A stretch of 64,000 nt of DNA from Camelus ferus. Its lineage: Eukaryota. The notes beneath the pieces are model-generated. The model did no database searches, was not told the origin of the DNA, and was given only the letters and a program-made list of their open reading frames with translations. Numbering within the stretch: position 1 is the first letter of the stretch; every line of letters starts with the position of its first letter. Where the stretch lies: the NCBI RefSeq assembly GCF_009834535.1, contig NC_045698.1, forward strand, positions 12,526,001 to 12,590,000, given 5' to 3'. Position numbers and translations under genes: made by a program. Of this stretch, positions 47,885 through 60,245 are shown piece after piece.

Positions 47885-48058
47885 GCAGGTGAAGACCTTG
47901 GAATCCTACCTCTTTTGTTTGGTCAGCTCTGTGACCTGGGGACAGATTTCACTTCCCGGAGCCTCAATATACTAATCTGAAAACTAGAGAATGTACCTGT
48001 CTTGGGGGTTCGTGGAGAGCATCAAAGGTCATGTTTAGCACAGTACGTAGTATATAAG
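47885..48058 (+). mobile_element. MIR (5' part; resumes at 48679-48695 after the LTR)
   Basis: ctgtgacctggggacag...gcctcaat...aatctgaaaact...ttagcacagtac; the tail taagtactcattgaat follows the LTR. Confidence 0.7.
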
Positions 48059-48674
48059 TGTTACCAAAGCTGTTGCCCCAGAATCATGCCCCTTCCCCTC
48101 CCTTGGACGGAAGCCAATTACGCTTATATAAGTTTCAGGAAGAAGCTGCAAAGATTAGAAAAACAAGAACTAGTTAGAACCAACTAGGCCCAAGATGGCA
48201 GAAGATTTGACTTCCAGGAGACTTCAAGCATCATTGTACACTCATTGCACTACATTAGCATGCAAAAGACACACCCACCAGTGCCATGACAGTTGACGAT
48301 TGCCATGACAGCAACTGGAAATGCCCATACAAGGACTGAAAGAGAGTGTTGCCTCAGTTCCAGGTCCAAACCAGACCCCTGTTCTCGGATAAATCTGAAT
48401 TTCCCTCTCACTACCTAAGTCCCTCCCTTTTACCTCAACCTTACTAAATATTTAGTGTCTCCACCTGAATTAGGTTGAGAAGTTGATTTTCAAACTAGAT
48501 CCCAGCTTCTCCATTCTTTGGTAGTTGAATAAAGCCTGTGCTGTTCCAGCCTCAGCATTGGTTTCATCATTGGCTGCATGAATCTAGTTGGAAAAAGAAC
48601 CGTCCTGGCCAAGACAAGGGTTCTCAGCCCAGGCTAGGACCCTTGGCCAAGTCCAGCTGACCAATTCAGTAACT
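48059..48674 (+). mobile_element. ERV1-type solo LTR, 616 bp, inserted in a MIR
   Basis: Termini tgttacc...agtaac(t); 4-bp TSD TAAG at 48055-48058 and 48675-48678; AATAAA at 48528-48533. Confidence 0.85.
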
Positions 48675-48892
48675 TAAGTACTCATTGAATGGATGCACTG
48701 TGCATATAACGTGCATTTCCCTCCAAACAAGTGAATAGTCAAGACTGAGGCAAATCATCTTTCCCACACCCTGATTTTTATGATCAGTTTCTCTTTTAAA
48801 GAAAAATCCTATTTTATAGATTAATTCTGGTTGGATCTTTATTTATTCTGTATGTATAACATTCCACTGATGTCAGCTTTCCTAGGGTGTTC

Positions 48893-48998
48893 TTCATTGC
48901 TTCATTCATTGATTCACCAAATATTTATGAAGCAATTACTATCTGCCAGGAATCATATTTCTGTAAATGTTAGGAATACAATGATCATGAAAACAGAG
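48893..48998 (-). mobile_element. L2 3' terminus
   Basis: ttcattcattgattcaccaaatatttatgaagcaattactatctgccagg. Confidence 0.75.
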
Positions 48999-49009
48999 TC
49001 CAGAACTTT

Positions 49010-50224
49010 CCCCTCAACTCTGGACTCCAAAATACAACTTTCCTCTTGAACCCGCTACTTGGCCATCTTACAGGTGTCTCAAAGGCCACAGATCACAAAG
49101 AACTTCTAATCTTTCCTCCCAATCTTGCTCCTTCAGGCTTCTTTGGCTCAACTAATGGTAACTCTATCTTCCAGATACAACAAATCAGTGATTGCATCCT
49201 TGACTCATTTCTTTTTCTCATACTCAGTATCCCACATGTCAGAAAATTCTGTTGACTTTATACATCTGCTACAACCAGGATCCAACCACTGTTGTCACCC
49301 TGGCCCAGGTCACCCGAGTCTCTTATTCAGCTTATTGCAAGGGCCTTCTCACCAAGTGCTCTGCTCTTGTCTCAACCCTCTGACACTCATCTCACCAGAG
49401 CAGCCAGAATGGCCTTGGTGAAATGTAAGCGAGACCATGTCATTCTTCAGCTCAAAACCTTCAGCTGGCTCTCTGTGTCACCCAGAGGGAATGACAATGT
49501 CTTAACCAGAGTAGACAGGCAGAGGGAACGGTAACCCACTAGATCCTGCAAACAGACCAGCTGTGTAATTTACAACAGGCAGACCAGCTGTGTAATTTGC
49601 AAGTCCTTGTCCAAAAATGTTTAGGAATGTCAAGACGGTCAGAATATTAAAGTAGGTCTGAGGTTATTCTGAGCGTAGTGTCCTGTGTGTCGGCCCGGGT
49701 GACATGCCCATGAACCAGGCCTTGCCTATAGGTTCTCCTAGGGTCTCCCTTCTTCCCTTCCCTCCATAAGCTCCAGTTTTATCGTCTTTCATTCCTTCTG
49801 CTCAACCAGGCTGGCTTCTTGGCTGTTCCTCCAGTGGGACCATCCCAGGCACCCTGTTGATTTCGGGTCTTTAAGCGTGATATTCCCTCTGCCCAGGTGT
49901 CCTCCAAACCCCCTCACCTCCCTCACAACTTTGCTCAGATGTCACATTCTCAGTGAGATCTCCTTGACCATCCTATTTTAAATTTCAACCCACCATCTAC
50001 CTTCCCTCCGCAACATACCTTGCTCTTTTTCCCCATTCCCCAATTCTTTCCTCCACAGTGCTAATTATCCATAGATGATACATTTTTCTTAAATAATTTG
50101 CTTATTCTGTCTCCCACCACAAGAATATAAGCTCCATAAGGCTGAGCTTTTGTCTTTTTTTTTTTTGTTCCTCTAGCACCTAGGACAGAGTAGAAAGTCA
50201 ATAAATATTATTGAAAGGGATGAA
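49010..50224 (+). mobile_element. L2 3' region, interrupted by the MER45A-like element
   Basis: cccctcaactctggactc...ccagagcagccagaatg...aatataagctccataagg...tcaataaatattattgaaagggatgaa terminus. Confidence 0.8.
49579..49724 (-). mobile_element. MER45A-like hAT-Tip100 element
   Basis: gaccagctgtgtaatttgc...ccttgtccaaaaat...caagacgg...gcccatgaaccaggccttg matches the reverse-complemented MER45A layout. Confidence 0.75.
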
Positions 50225-50289
50225 AAAGTTAGTGGTTGAAGAGGTAAAAATTAAACATAATCTTCCAACAATGAATAGTTAAATCTGAG

Positions 50290-50790
50290 TTATATACCAT
50301 GAAGGAACATAAGCTCCATGAAAAACCATAACCAGGATGAGGCTGGGGAGAGGGATAAATGTTGTAGGCAGAGGGAACAGCATGATTTAGGGACCTGTGT
50401 GCAGAGGGAACAAGGAATTCTTGAGGAGCTGAGGTGAGTGCATAGTAGTAGGAATTCACAGAGAAAAAGCAAAAGAGGAAAAGATGAGTCTGGACACAGA
50501 GAGGTCAGTATAAGCAGGACTTTGCAGGCCAGGCTGAGGACTCTGTTCCTCACACCACAGGAGAATGTAAATGGGGTGGGGTGGGGTGGGTGCATATGGG
50601 AAGGAAAGAAAAGATCATTCTAGGTTCAGTGTGGGGAACAGACGAGGGTCCAGGATGGATTCAGGAAGTCTGATGAGGAAATTCTTGCAGTCACCAGACT
50701 GAGACGAAGGGCTGCTTGGACTACAGAAGCAACAGAGAAATGGAGAAAAAGAGGCGGATGAGGCACTTAAATAGAGGTAAAATCCACAGT
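50290..50790 (-). mobile_element. L2 3' region fragment
   Basis: taggcagagggaacagcatg...aaaagatcattctagg...ttgcagtcaccagactgagacgaagg...ttggacta. Confidence 0.72.
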
Positions 50791-50860
50791 CCTGGCCGCG
50801 GGGTAGGTTAAGGCATGTGTCCTCTGCGGGGGCAATATTGTCCTCAAGGGAGTGGAAGTT

Positions 50861-51170
50861 GGTTCTGGGGGCTGTAGTTTGTCAGGGTTGGTTCTTCTCA
50901 GGCCTCTCTCCTTGGCTTGCAGATGCTCACTTTTTTGGTGTGTCCTCACGCGGTCTGCCCTCTGTGTGCGAGTGTCCCTGACGTTTCTCTGTGTGTGTAA
51001 CTTTCCTCTTCTTATAAAACACCAGCCAGATCGGATTAGGGTCTACACTTACAATGTCATTTTAACTTCACCTCTGTAAATACCTCATCTGCAGATGTGG
51101 TCACATCCTGAGGTGCTGGGGGTTAGGACTTCAACATAGCAATTTTAAGGGCTGTAATTCATCCCACATC
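50861..51170 (-). mobile_element. MaLR LTR (MLT1B/C-like)
   Basis: ggttggttcttctcaggcctctctccttggcttgcagatg...gaggtgctgggggttaggacttcaacat. Confidence 0.82.
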
Positions 51171-51357
51171 TGAAGTAAAAAAATCTTACCCTTTGTATAT
51201 GTATGCCACAGGAACACATATGGCACATATACAGGTATACAGTGGATTTGTGGTATTGAAATTTCATACAGGTAGGGAACAGCTAGAGGAAAAAATGACT
51301 GAAAAACTCCTGGAGTAGGGAGTGATAACAAAGGATGGTTGAACTCTTCAGGAATGT

Positions 51358-51905
51358 GACAAAATGCTCAACATGGCTAATTATTAGAGAAATGCAAATT
51401 AAAACTATGATGAGGTAGTACCTCACACTGGTCATAATGGCTATTATCAAAATGTCTAGAAATAATAAACACTGGAGAAGGTGTGGAGAAAGGGCACCCT
51501 CGTACACTGTTGGTGAGAATATAAATTGGTGCAGCCACTGTGGAAAACAGTATGGAGATTCCTTGTAAAACTAAAGATAGACTTACCATATGATCCAGCA
51601 GTCCAGCTCCTAGGCATATAACCATAAAAGGCAAAACCTTTAATTTGAAAAGATGCATGCACCCCAATGTTCATAGCAGCCATGATGTGGAAACAATCTA
51701 AATGTCCATTGACAGATGACTGGATAAAGAAGTTGTGGTATATTTATACAATGGAATACTACTCAGCCAAAAAAAAGCCATTTGCAGCAACATGGATGGA
51801 ACTGGAGATAGTTATTCTAAGTGAAGTAAGCTGGAAAGAGAAAGAAAAATACCATATGATATCACTTATATGTGGACTCTAAAATGATGATACAAATGAT
51901 ACAAA
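51358..51905 (+). mobile_element. L1 ORF2 C-terminal fragment (degenerate)
   Basis: ORF 51667-51882 translates to [49 protein letters not shown], the typical L1 ORF2 C-terminus; stops and frameshifts occur upstream. Confidence 0.93.
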
Positions 51906-52049
51906 CTCCAGGATTGGATTCTTCTAGGTGCATGTGATAGAAACCTAGACCTCCAAACCCAGTTAGGGACCTGGCAAGATTGTTGTTGATATGGTGGCCA
52001 TTGCATGACAATCAGACCGGGAGGGAGTGAAGAACCAGGAGAGTGATGG

Positions 52050-52400
52050 ACGGGAAGAAAGGAAAGCAGTCAGTGGGATAAACACCCCGGAGAAGCCAAA
52101 CCACAGTCACGGTAAGAGTAGTCGGAAAAGCATGTTCGAGTCATGGAGCAAGACACTTGAATTTGAAGCTTTGGAGGTGGAGATGTTTTGCATGGTGACA
52201 GTTCTCCTGGTAACTGGGGAAGAAGGTGGCTGAAGGGGTGAGGAGGTTATTGAATAAGAGGAAGTGAAGATGCTGAGAGCCCAGGGCTTCAGATAAGTTG
52301 TCCGTGTGGAAGGCAGTGCCACCCGGGAGGCTGGTGGCCAAGCCGTGGGTAAAGAGAAGGAGTAAACAGGAGCCCGTGAAGATGTGAGGAGGAGGGAAGG
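52050..52400 (-). mobile_element. Relic resembling the L2 ORF2 endonuclease region
   Basis: Frameshifted translations FHTDNLSEALGSQHLHFLLFNNL and TVTMQNISTSKASNSSVLLHDSNML resemble recalled L2 EN segments (GDFNIHVDDPS..LASQFLDLL / LDLVIT....SDH). Confidence 0.45.
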
Positions 52401-53044
52401 TCAAGTCAAGAAGCAGAAGCCTCGAAGCAGACTTGGTGCTGTTTTTCACAAAAGAGTGGGAGAACAGACTTCTAGAAGTCGCAGTGAGGAGCAAGGTGCT
52501 CACCAGCTCCACTGGAGAGGGGTGGAGCTCAGCCTCAGCGTCTTCAGTCAAGGCAAGGAGGTAGAAGAGATGTTCCAAAAAGGGAACTGAGGATAAGAAG
52601 GAATTTGCCTGCGCTGACACTGTGGTCTGCAGCACATAACGGCAGAGTTTGGGGGGCGGGGAGGAGAGCACAGCTGAGCCTGGGTGAGGAAACATAGTGC
52701 ATTATGGGAATGATGACGGTGCAGCCCGTGGGTTCCCCGGAAGCTTCCCCTTGGGTGTGGACTGATGATAATTGGAGATGAGAGACATGGAGATGAAACT
52801 CTAACACTCCCGTGGTGGACAGTGAGTTCTGGCCCTAATGGCCAAAGAGGAATTCTCCACTCTGCCTCAGTAGACCTTGCAGGCTGGACCTCAAACAAAG
52901 CACACGTGGTGAACCTACTTCACACGTGGGCTCAGCACACATTGTTCTGACCACCTCAAACCTCTCCAAAGACCTCCCAGGCCTTTACGCTCCTTGACCC
53001 TTCCTCTCTCACAACCTGCACTTAGAAGATGTTCTCTGACTCCT

Positions 53045-53215
53045 TGGTTTGAAGCTTGCCTCTGAGACTTTATGAGCTTAGCGACCTCAGGCAAGTGACT
53101 CGGCCTCTCTGTGCTTCATCCTCCTTATCTGTAAAATGGGAATAATATCACGCAACTCACGGGGTTGTCACGCAGATGATACAATGGACCTGAGTCACAG
53201 CACCTGGGACCTAGA
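53045..53215 (+). mobile_element. MIR
   Basis: gacctcaggcaagtgactcggcctctctgtgcttca...atctgtaaaatgggaataat. Confidence 0.8.
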
Positions 53216-55891
53216 GAGGGACGAAAGAGAACACGCAGCCTAATTTCTGTTTCTCCAAATGGTTCCTAAAATCCAGCCTTACCGGACTTTCCCCAGTCGT
53301 CTCTGTTCTGTGTCTCCCTCACTGGACCGTGTGTGACTCTAGGGCAGGGACCTAACTTCTCATTTTCTTATCTCGAGTACTCTGAATGTTGCCTCACACT
53401 TAGTATGTTAAAAATATTTGTTGAGGTGTAAGTGACTTACATACTATGACCTCTATGTCCTCTCCCAGATCTATTTGCCTTTTACGACGAGACAAAAAAT
53501 TTAAGTAAAAATGACTCTCAGCTGTCCAATTTCAGGTGAAAGGTCAGGCGGAGGAGAGAGAGTTATTTGGGGAAGGGCGGGGTGGCTTCGGTGGGCAGGG
53601 CAGCGTTATCAGTGAGGATCGTCTGGGAACCACTGAAACTGCATCACATGCAGCTGGTTTTTGATTCTCAGTTAATAAGGCTAATCCTGTCTTTGGTGTT
53701 TGTTTCATGATAAGACCTGATAACAACATGATTTGTCATCCTATTAATGAATTTACAGTATAACAATCTCGAGTTCTTGGAAAGAAGGGGTGTAAGTGCT
53801 TGTTCTAATTCAAATATTAGAAATGAAAACGCACCTGTGAATCACAGGCTGAAGCCAGTCATTACTATATGAATAGAGCTGCCTCACTAAGCGTCCGACG
53901 TCTGAATAGACTCCGATGCATCTCCAATAGTCTTCCTGTGGGACTGGCAGCCGTTGGGCAGATGGCCTTACAGTGATCTTGCTGAAAACACTGTGTGATA
54001 CTGTGTATTCAATCTGGATAGAATACAAGCAATTAGAATGGCCTTTATTTCACTTGGTATTCTTTGGAAAAAGTAACATTTATTGTTGGGTTCTTCATGC
54101 GTTCCTGGAAGTTTGACAGCTGTTTTAGAATCAGAGTTTCAGCCTTTCCCTGAAGGTCCCATTGAAAGTTCCCGGGGCCGCTCTCTACTGATTACAAGAG
54201 CTGGCGTTCCCTTACCTAATTCTCCAAATCTCTAAAGACAATTAATAGCAATTCAATGGCTTTATCTTTTTAAAACAAGGAACTAGGACTTTACACGCTA
54301 AGTCTATTATCAATCCATCAGTGTTATTAAGTAACCAGAGAGTATGTTTATTCTGGCAAAGCCCTTACAGTAAACTAACATACATATCATCTTCTTTCTA
54401 TATGTACTGTGGGGTGATTTGCTGACTTCTGGTGGAAACACACACAGTTGTCTTACAGATTTTCTTCTTATGAATCATGATATTTTCTTTTCCTAGATGG
54501 AAAAAAGTAAAAATATAAAGAGTTCATAATTTCCATCCATTATATCGTGTGCTAAGCATATGCCTATATCTTCATTATATTTCGCCAATTAAAAAATGAC
54601 TTATTCTTCATTTACACAAGGCACACAGAAAATATACTTCAACTATAATACACTTTTAAAAAGAAAAAAAAAACCTGTTATTATCCTTAAATTTGCTTAT
54701 CAAATTTATAATACAATGAAAATAATTGTATGAGGTTATAAGGCATATGGATTATTATATTTAAAAAACATTCACATTAGTCGTTTCTTCATTTATCCTG
54801 GGCATCTGATTTTAGGGAGAAATGCTGGCTAGTCGTGCAACCTAGTTTGATTGATAGTTTCTTATAATCTCGGTCTTTGAGGAAATGCCTGGATCTATTA
54901 GTGGATCTATCAACTGAGAAATTGCTTGATTAAATCTTGGTTAACTTTTTTTAAGGCCCATCATTCTGTTGGCACCCAACCATCTATACTCCACAGCCCA
55001 CATTCATTCACACAAGGTCCTTCTGATGTTCAAATCAGAATTCTTCCAACTTTACCCTTCTTCCATTTCTCTGAAGCAAGCACAATTCATCCTTACCAGT
55101 TACAAGCCACCAGTACTCTCAAAAGCAAGAGGAGGCCAAAGTGTAGCTGATGATTCAGATAATTTTGTTGAGTTGAACCTAAAGATACTTTGCATTTGAA
55201 TTTTGGCTTTGTTTTTGTTTGTTTGTTTTAATCTTAGACTATGGTTCCACTTGTTCCTTGAGACAGTTTGGGTTTATGGAAGTCAGAAGAAAGTCTTGTG
55301 TGATCTTTGAGGAAGATCACTTAGGAAGGTCAATGTGCAGGGGTGTAGTTGTAGACAGGAGAGATGCCTGAAAGCCCACAGGGTCCAGAAATGAGCATGC
55401 TAACTGGGAACTAGCAGATCAGATGAAGAAGATGGTAACCCACTTTGGCCCTTTGTCAGTGGACAAGGTCAAATATCAGAGATCTTTGTGATTTATGAAG
55501 CCAAACACTCGACCACGTGTGCATTTACCATAGATGCTCGATGCTTTAAACTTCTCCCCAGTCTATCTTTCCTGCCTTTTGACTTCTCCCCAGTCCTCCC
55601 AGGGCTTTTCCTGAACCTGTGGGCTTCCGTCCTTCTGCTTACATCATTCCTCATCCCATGTGTATTTCTGATAATAGGTTTGCTGAGTACAAGGGAATTT
55701 TGTGAAATGGTAGAGGTGGAGGGTGGAGATGGGAAGTAGCTCCTTAATATATTCACCTTCCCTAATTAAGAATTATATTTCAAGATAACTGATGCTAACT
55801 GATGGAGAGGTCTCTGCATAAGAAATGAATGTAATTTGCTAAATTGTCATGATTGAACACACGGCAAAGAGGAAGGCACTAGCATATATCT

Positions 55892-56061
55892 CAGAGTATT
55901 TCTGCAACATAATATGCATATCAGTCACCTGGGGTCCACATTAAATTGCAGATTCTGATTCAGTAGGTCTGGACTAGGGCAAAAGCACATCATTTCTGAA
56001 GAAAAAGCTTCCAAGGGGTGTCTACACTGCTGGTCCTGGCTCCACCCATCAATAGCTAGGG
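55892..56061. mobile_element. MER5A1-like hAT-Charlie element
   Basis: tcacctgggg...gcagattctgattcagtaggtctgg...catttct...gctggtcc. Confidence 0.7.
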
Positions 56062-56833
56062 CTTATGGGATTCCAAATAATTGACCTATTCTATACAATT
56101 GGAGCTCATCTATTTCTGGGAGTGTATGTCAAAGGTCTGCTTGTAGTCTTTTCCAATCTGGTACTTAAACAGAGATTCCTTGGCCTCTGCCTTTGATGTC
56201 TATATCTGATTAATTGCTAGGCTTAAGTCATGAAATGTTGAATGGCTATTACCTGGCCTCCACAGCTAGATGACAGGTTCTGTGTCTTTAAATATGTGGA
56301 GAGTTATTGTTTTCTGTTTCTCAAAGGATCGCTGATCATTCCCAGCATACCCTCCGCCCCCAACATTCACAGGGGACTAAAATAGAAACAGGGCCAAATT
56401 CATGCTGCACAACTTTGGCTTGTGCAGAGCAGGGGCCTGTAGGATGCTGGGGCCTGTTTGAATCTTCATCACTGAGTGATTGTCTCAAAAAGAATAGACT
56501 CTAATGTAATCCCTGTCCCTGGACGAGAACCCCTGACTCAGAGCACAGCCTGGTGGATTTAGAAGGCTGGGTCACTGACCCTCACAAGTCGCGAGTGCTC
56601 CACGTGATAATGGAAAGATCACACGGTTGCCTTCTGTCAGTGAACAGCCCCTGCCAGGTTCTCATTCTGTGAGTCCCTCTTCCACCTGTCTCTGGGAAGA
56701 CTTCAGTCCCACGTGAAGTTCATCTTTGCCTGCACCTTAGGGGACAATTTCTTGACCTCTGTCTCGTCAAGGGACTTAGGAAGCCTTGGCCCAACACTGA
56801 GGTTAATGATGGCACTGTGGCCTTGGTTCTGAG

Positions 56834-56876
56834 GCCCTTGGACAAGTTTGCCCTTGGACAAGTCTGCCCTTGGACA
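56834..56876 (+). repeat. 16-bp tandem repeat x2.7
   Basis: gcccttggacaagt(t/c)t units. Confidence 0.9.
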
Positions 56877-57760
56877 CACTTAGGATAAGAGCATTAGTAG
56901 CATATCCCAGAACCTTCCTAAACTGCACTCCTCCAGAATTGAGGTCTTTCTTAGATGATGACAGTCCTCTTCTTGGCTGGGAGGCCAGGTCCTAAGCTCA
57001 CTGCCAGTGGGAAGATTGCAGCAGCCAACGTGAGCTTTCCACGGTCTCTGCTGAGGCCACCTGTAGCATCTCTGAATTTCACCTTTTACCTGGATCCTCT
57101 GCCCCTCCTACCTGCACAGATAATCCCATTGTTATTCCATCCTATACATCCTAACACTGTTTGCCTTGACTGGTCGAAATTTACTGAATTCTCTGAATAC
57201 TGGGGTTTTGTTCAGTTTCATCCCTAAACTGTTAGGAGTCCGGGCATTCCCCACATTAAGGGGCAGGCCTATTCCTGGGTCTACCTCCTCTAGTCTGATC
57301 TTTGCTCCACAGTGAATCTGACTTTGCCCGACAACATTCTGAGATGAAACGTGGGTGCCAGGGAGGTGGCTGTTCCCGATGTTTCTGAGTGTTTGGTGAT
57401 GGTGTCAACCAGAAGAAGAACCACATACTGAAATTTTGAGACAAGGGTGTTATAGAAAGTTTTGGGGTAGAGTTCTTTGCCTAATCTCTGGACTGGGACT
57501 CAGGAGCTTATAACCCACATCCATTCTGTTAATGTGAGGGATAAATCTTATTACCTTTCTTTATAGTTACATGCCCAGAAAGGATTATAGAGTACTTAGG
57601 TGTGGCCACCTACAATGTTAACTCTCAGATACTGTCACTGGGACCTGACAGCTTATTTTACCAAAAAAAAAGATACTTTTTAGTTCCTTATAGTTTTTTT
57701 TTTTTTAAATAAAGCTATTATTCGTCAGACTTAAGGAGATTTGAAAGTGATCAGGATATA

Positions 57761-58135
57761 CATATTGAGTGAAGGAAGTCAGAGAAAGACAAATATCATA
57801 TGATATTACTTATGGGTGGAATCTAAAAAAAAATGATACAAACTCTATTCACAAAATGAAAACAGACTCATGGACACAGAAAACAAACTATGTTACCAAA
57901 GGGAAAAGCACGGGGAGGGATAAATCAGGGGTTAGAAATTAACACATTACTATACATAAAATAGAGAAACAACGTGGACCTACTGTATAGCATGGGGAAC
58001 TATATACAATTTCTTGTAATAGCATATAATGGGAAAGAATCTGAAAAGAAAAAACATATATTTATGTATAACTGAATCACTTCGCTGTATACCTGAAACT
58101 AACATTGTAAATCTACCACACTTCAATAGAAAAAA
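57761..58135 (+). mobile_element. L1 3' end with ~17-bp imperfect TSD
   Basis: gagtgaaggaagtcagagaaagacaaatatcatatg...; TSD aaa(g/c)tgatc(a/g)ggatata at 57744-57760 and 58136-58152. Confidence 0.9.
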
Positions 58136-59083
58136 AAACTGATCGGGATATATATGTAATAAATACACATGTATGTATACACACAAATGCATACATTAAA
58201 AATGTCTCTAATTCAGTGTTTTCTTTCACTAGCTCATATACAAACTTGATAATTTTGCTATATTCATGTAACATGTGAACTTGTTTACTTAAGTGTTTTC
58301 CTCAGATTAGCTCAGTGGTTTCTTTTTATGGAGACATTTATTTAAATAGGGACATCTATTTCACCGTCAAAATGGAAAACCATTATAATTTGCCATAAAT
58401 AGGAGATACCAGAAGACTTGAATTCTAGCCAGGTGGTGTGGTCTGCCGTAGACTCTGGATGGGAGGTGCACTTGCTCAAGCAAGGAGATCAGTCAGGGCT
58501 GGAGTGGAGAGAAAAAAAACTCTAGATCAAACTGAGCCTTAACCTGGGTTTGGATTGAAGAGCACCGAAAAGGAAGCACCTCTGCGCTTTATTACATGTT
58601 GGTTCCCGGAACCACCTACCACCGTCTTGCCAGACCCCAGTGTGGACATCGCACTGCCTGGAAATTAATGACCAGACTCTGTCTGTGCCCAACAAAAATT
58701 GTCTTTGTTCCCGCTATTTTGAACATAATTTCTATTGCACCTAAGCTGCTAACACCATCAACTGAAAAGAGGAATATGAATCAAATCACATCGGGTCCTC
58801 TTTAAAATATATTATCAAAGAGCTCCTTTAACTGGCTTTGCCACTAACTTACAGCTACTTCACAGATACGTTAGTTTAGAAGAAACAAATCACTTGTGGC
58901 TTCTCTGTATAGGCTCTGCCCTTGAGATGTTTTCCCTAAAGTTTGCTAGGAGCTGCCTCCAGCCCTTCCTTCCAATAATTTGGTCATTCAACTTCACACA
59001 TCTTGTCATGCAGCTTCAAGGACCTAAACTCGCTTTTTTTCATCTCTTTTCTTCCGTCTCCCTCCATCCTTGTCCATCTGTGG

Positions 59084-59594
59084 TGTAAGGCCTAAAACTA
59101 AGGCCCAGTATTATGTGTTGCCTTGACATCTAGGGAAATGGGGAAGGGCTTGAATGGCCGAACAGCGTGCTTCCTTCGCCTCCCTGCTCCTGTGGGCAGG
59201 GGGCCCCAGCCAAACAGCGCCTCCCACCCCCGTGTCATGGGGACCAGGCACTGGCCCTGCTTATCCCTGAGCAGCAGGCTTCAGTTCCCTGCCAGTCCAC
59301 AGACTGGTTCATACAAGTCCATCGCATCCTCCCTCTGGAAGCGCCCCAACCTCTCCCTTCTTATTACTACAAAGCCTGCCTCCTACAGTCTCCACTGATT
59401 CACTTCGCTCCAAGTACGGCTCCTGTGGGCCTTGGTAGAGTGGTGTCCCCCCTGGGCTGTGAGTGTGTGAGGCTAATAAGCTGCTGTTGGTCTCCTCTGT
59501 CCACAGTTGGCAGTCGTGTAGTTGTGCATCCCCATGACTCTTGAGTGGGAAATCTCTCCCTGAGCAATAAGGTAAAGCAAAGGTGGTTAAAACA
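59084..59594 (+). mobile_element. Old ERVL-class solo LTR (MER73/MER74/MER54-like)
   Basis: Starts tgtaaggcctaaaa and ends ttaaaaca; internal ccttgacatct, cttatccctgag and ctgggctgtgag...taataagctgctg motifs. Confidence 0.7.
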
Positions 59595-60039
59595 CCCTCT
59601 CAGATGTGCCACTGCTATGAAGCGTCCCATAACCCGGTGCCCTTTGCTGTGGGATCTTTGGAAGGGGAGTGAAACCGTCAATTAAAATTTGAAGACACAT
59701 TTACATTAAACTGCAACTATGTGGTCATTTCCCGTGTTTTCTGGGGATGCGATTTTAGGCAGTGTACTCAGTGGATGAGAGAGATATTTTTGGGAAGTGC
59801 AGGATGACTGTCTTCTTTGTCTGATGGTAAGCCCTGTCCTAAATGCTCGGCTCATGTGCTTATGCACCAGAGGAGGGAAACCGACCTGAATATAAGCTAC
59901 AAAGTCTTGGACAGACAGTCAGAGTGTTTTTAAGAAAGATACCACACTCCATATTTTAACATTTCAAAGTCCTTACAAAAAGCCACACCATCAGGTAAAA
60001 AGAAAAGATTTATTTCTCTTGCTTATCGGTACCATGGAA

Positions 60040-60245
60040 ACATGGTGTAGTTTGTTAACAACAGACACAAGGGTTTCACTCACTGGGTTTGATGGCTAGT
60101 TCTGACTCGAACCGCTGATAATCCCAGCTATTTACTTACCATCAGTTACATCTGTAAAATGGGTACTTATCCTTGGGGTTCTTGTGGGGATGGACGGGGT
60201 TAATAGTGCCAGGCCCGTGGTAAGTATTACTCACATTTTGGCTAT
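60040..60245 (+). mobile_element. MIR (degenerate)
   Basis: catggtgtagtttgttaa...tcagttacatctgtaaaatggg...tagtgccaggcccgtggtaagt. Confidence 0.65.

Noticed and set aside
51377..51882. ORFs of 70-96 aa with protein-like sequence
   Set aside because: They are degenerate L1 ORF2 sequence and its antisense, not host genes.
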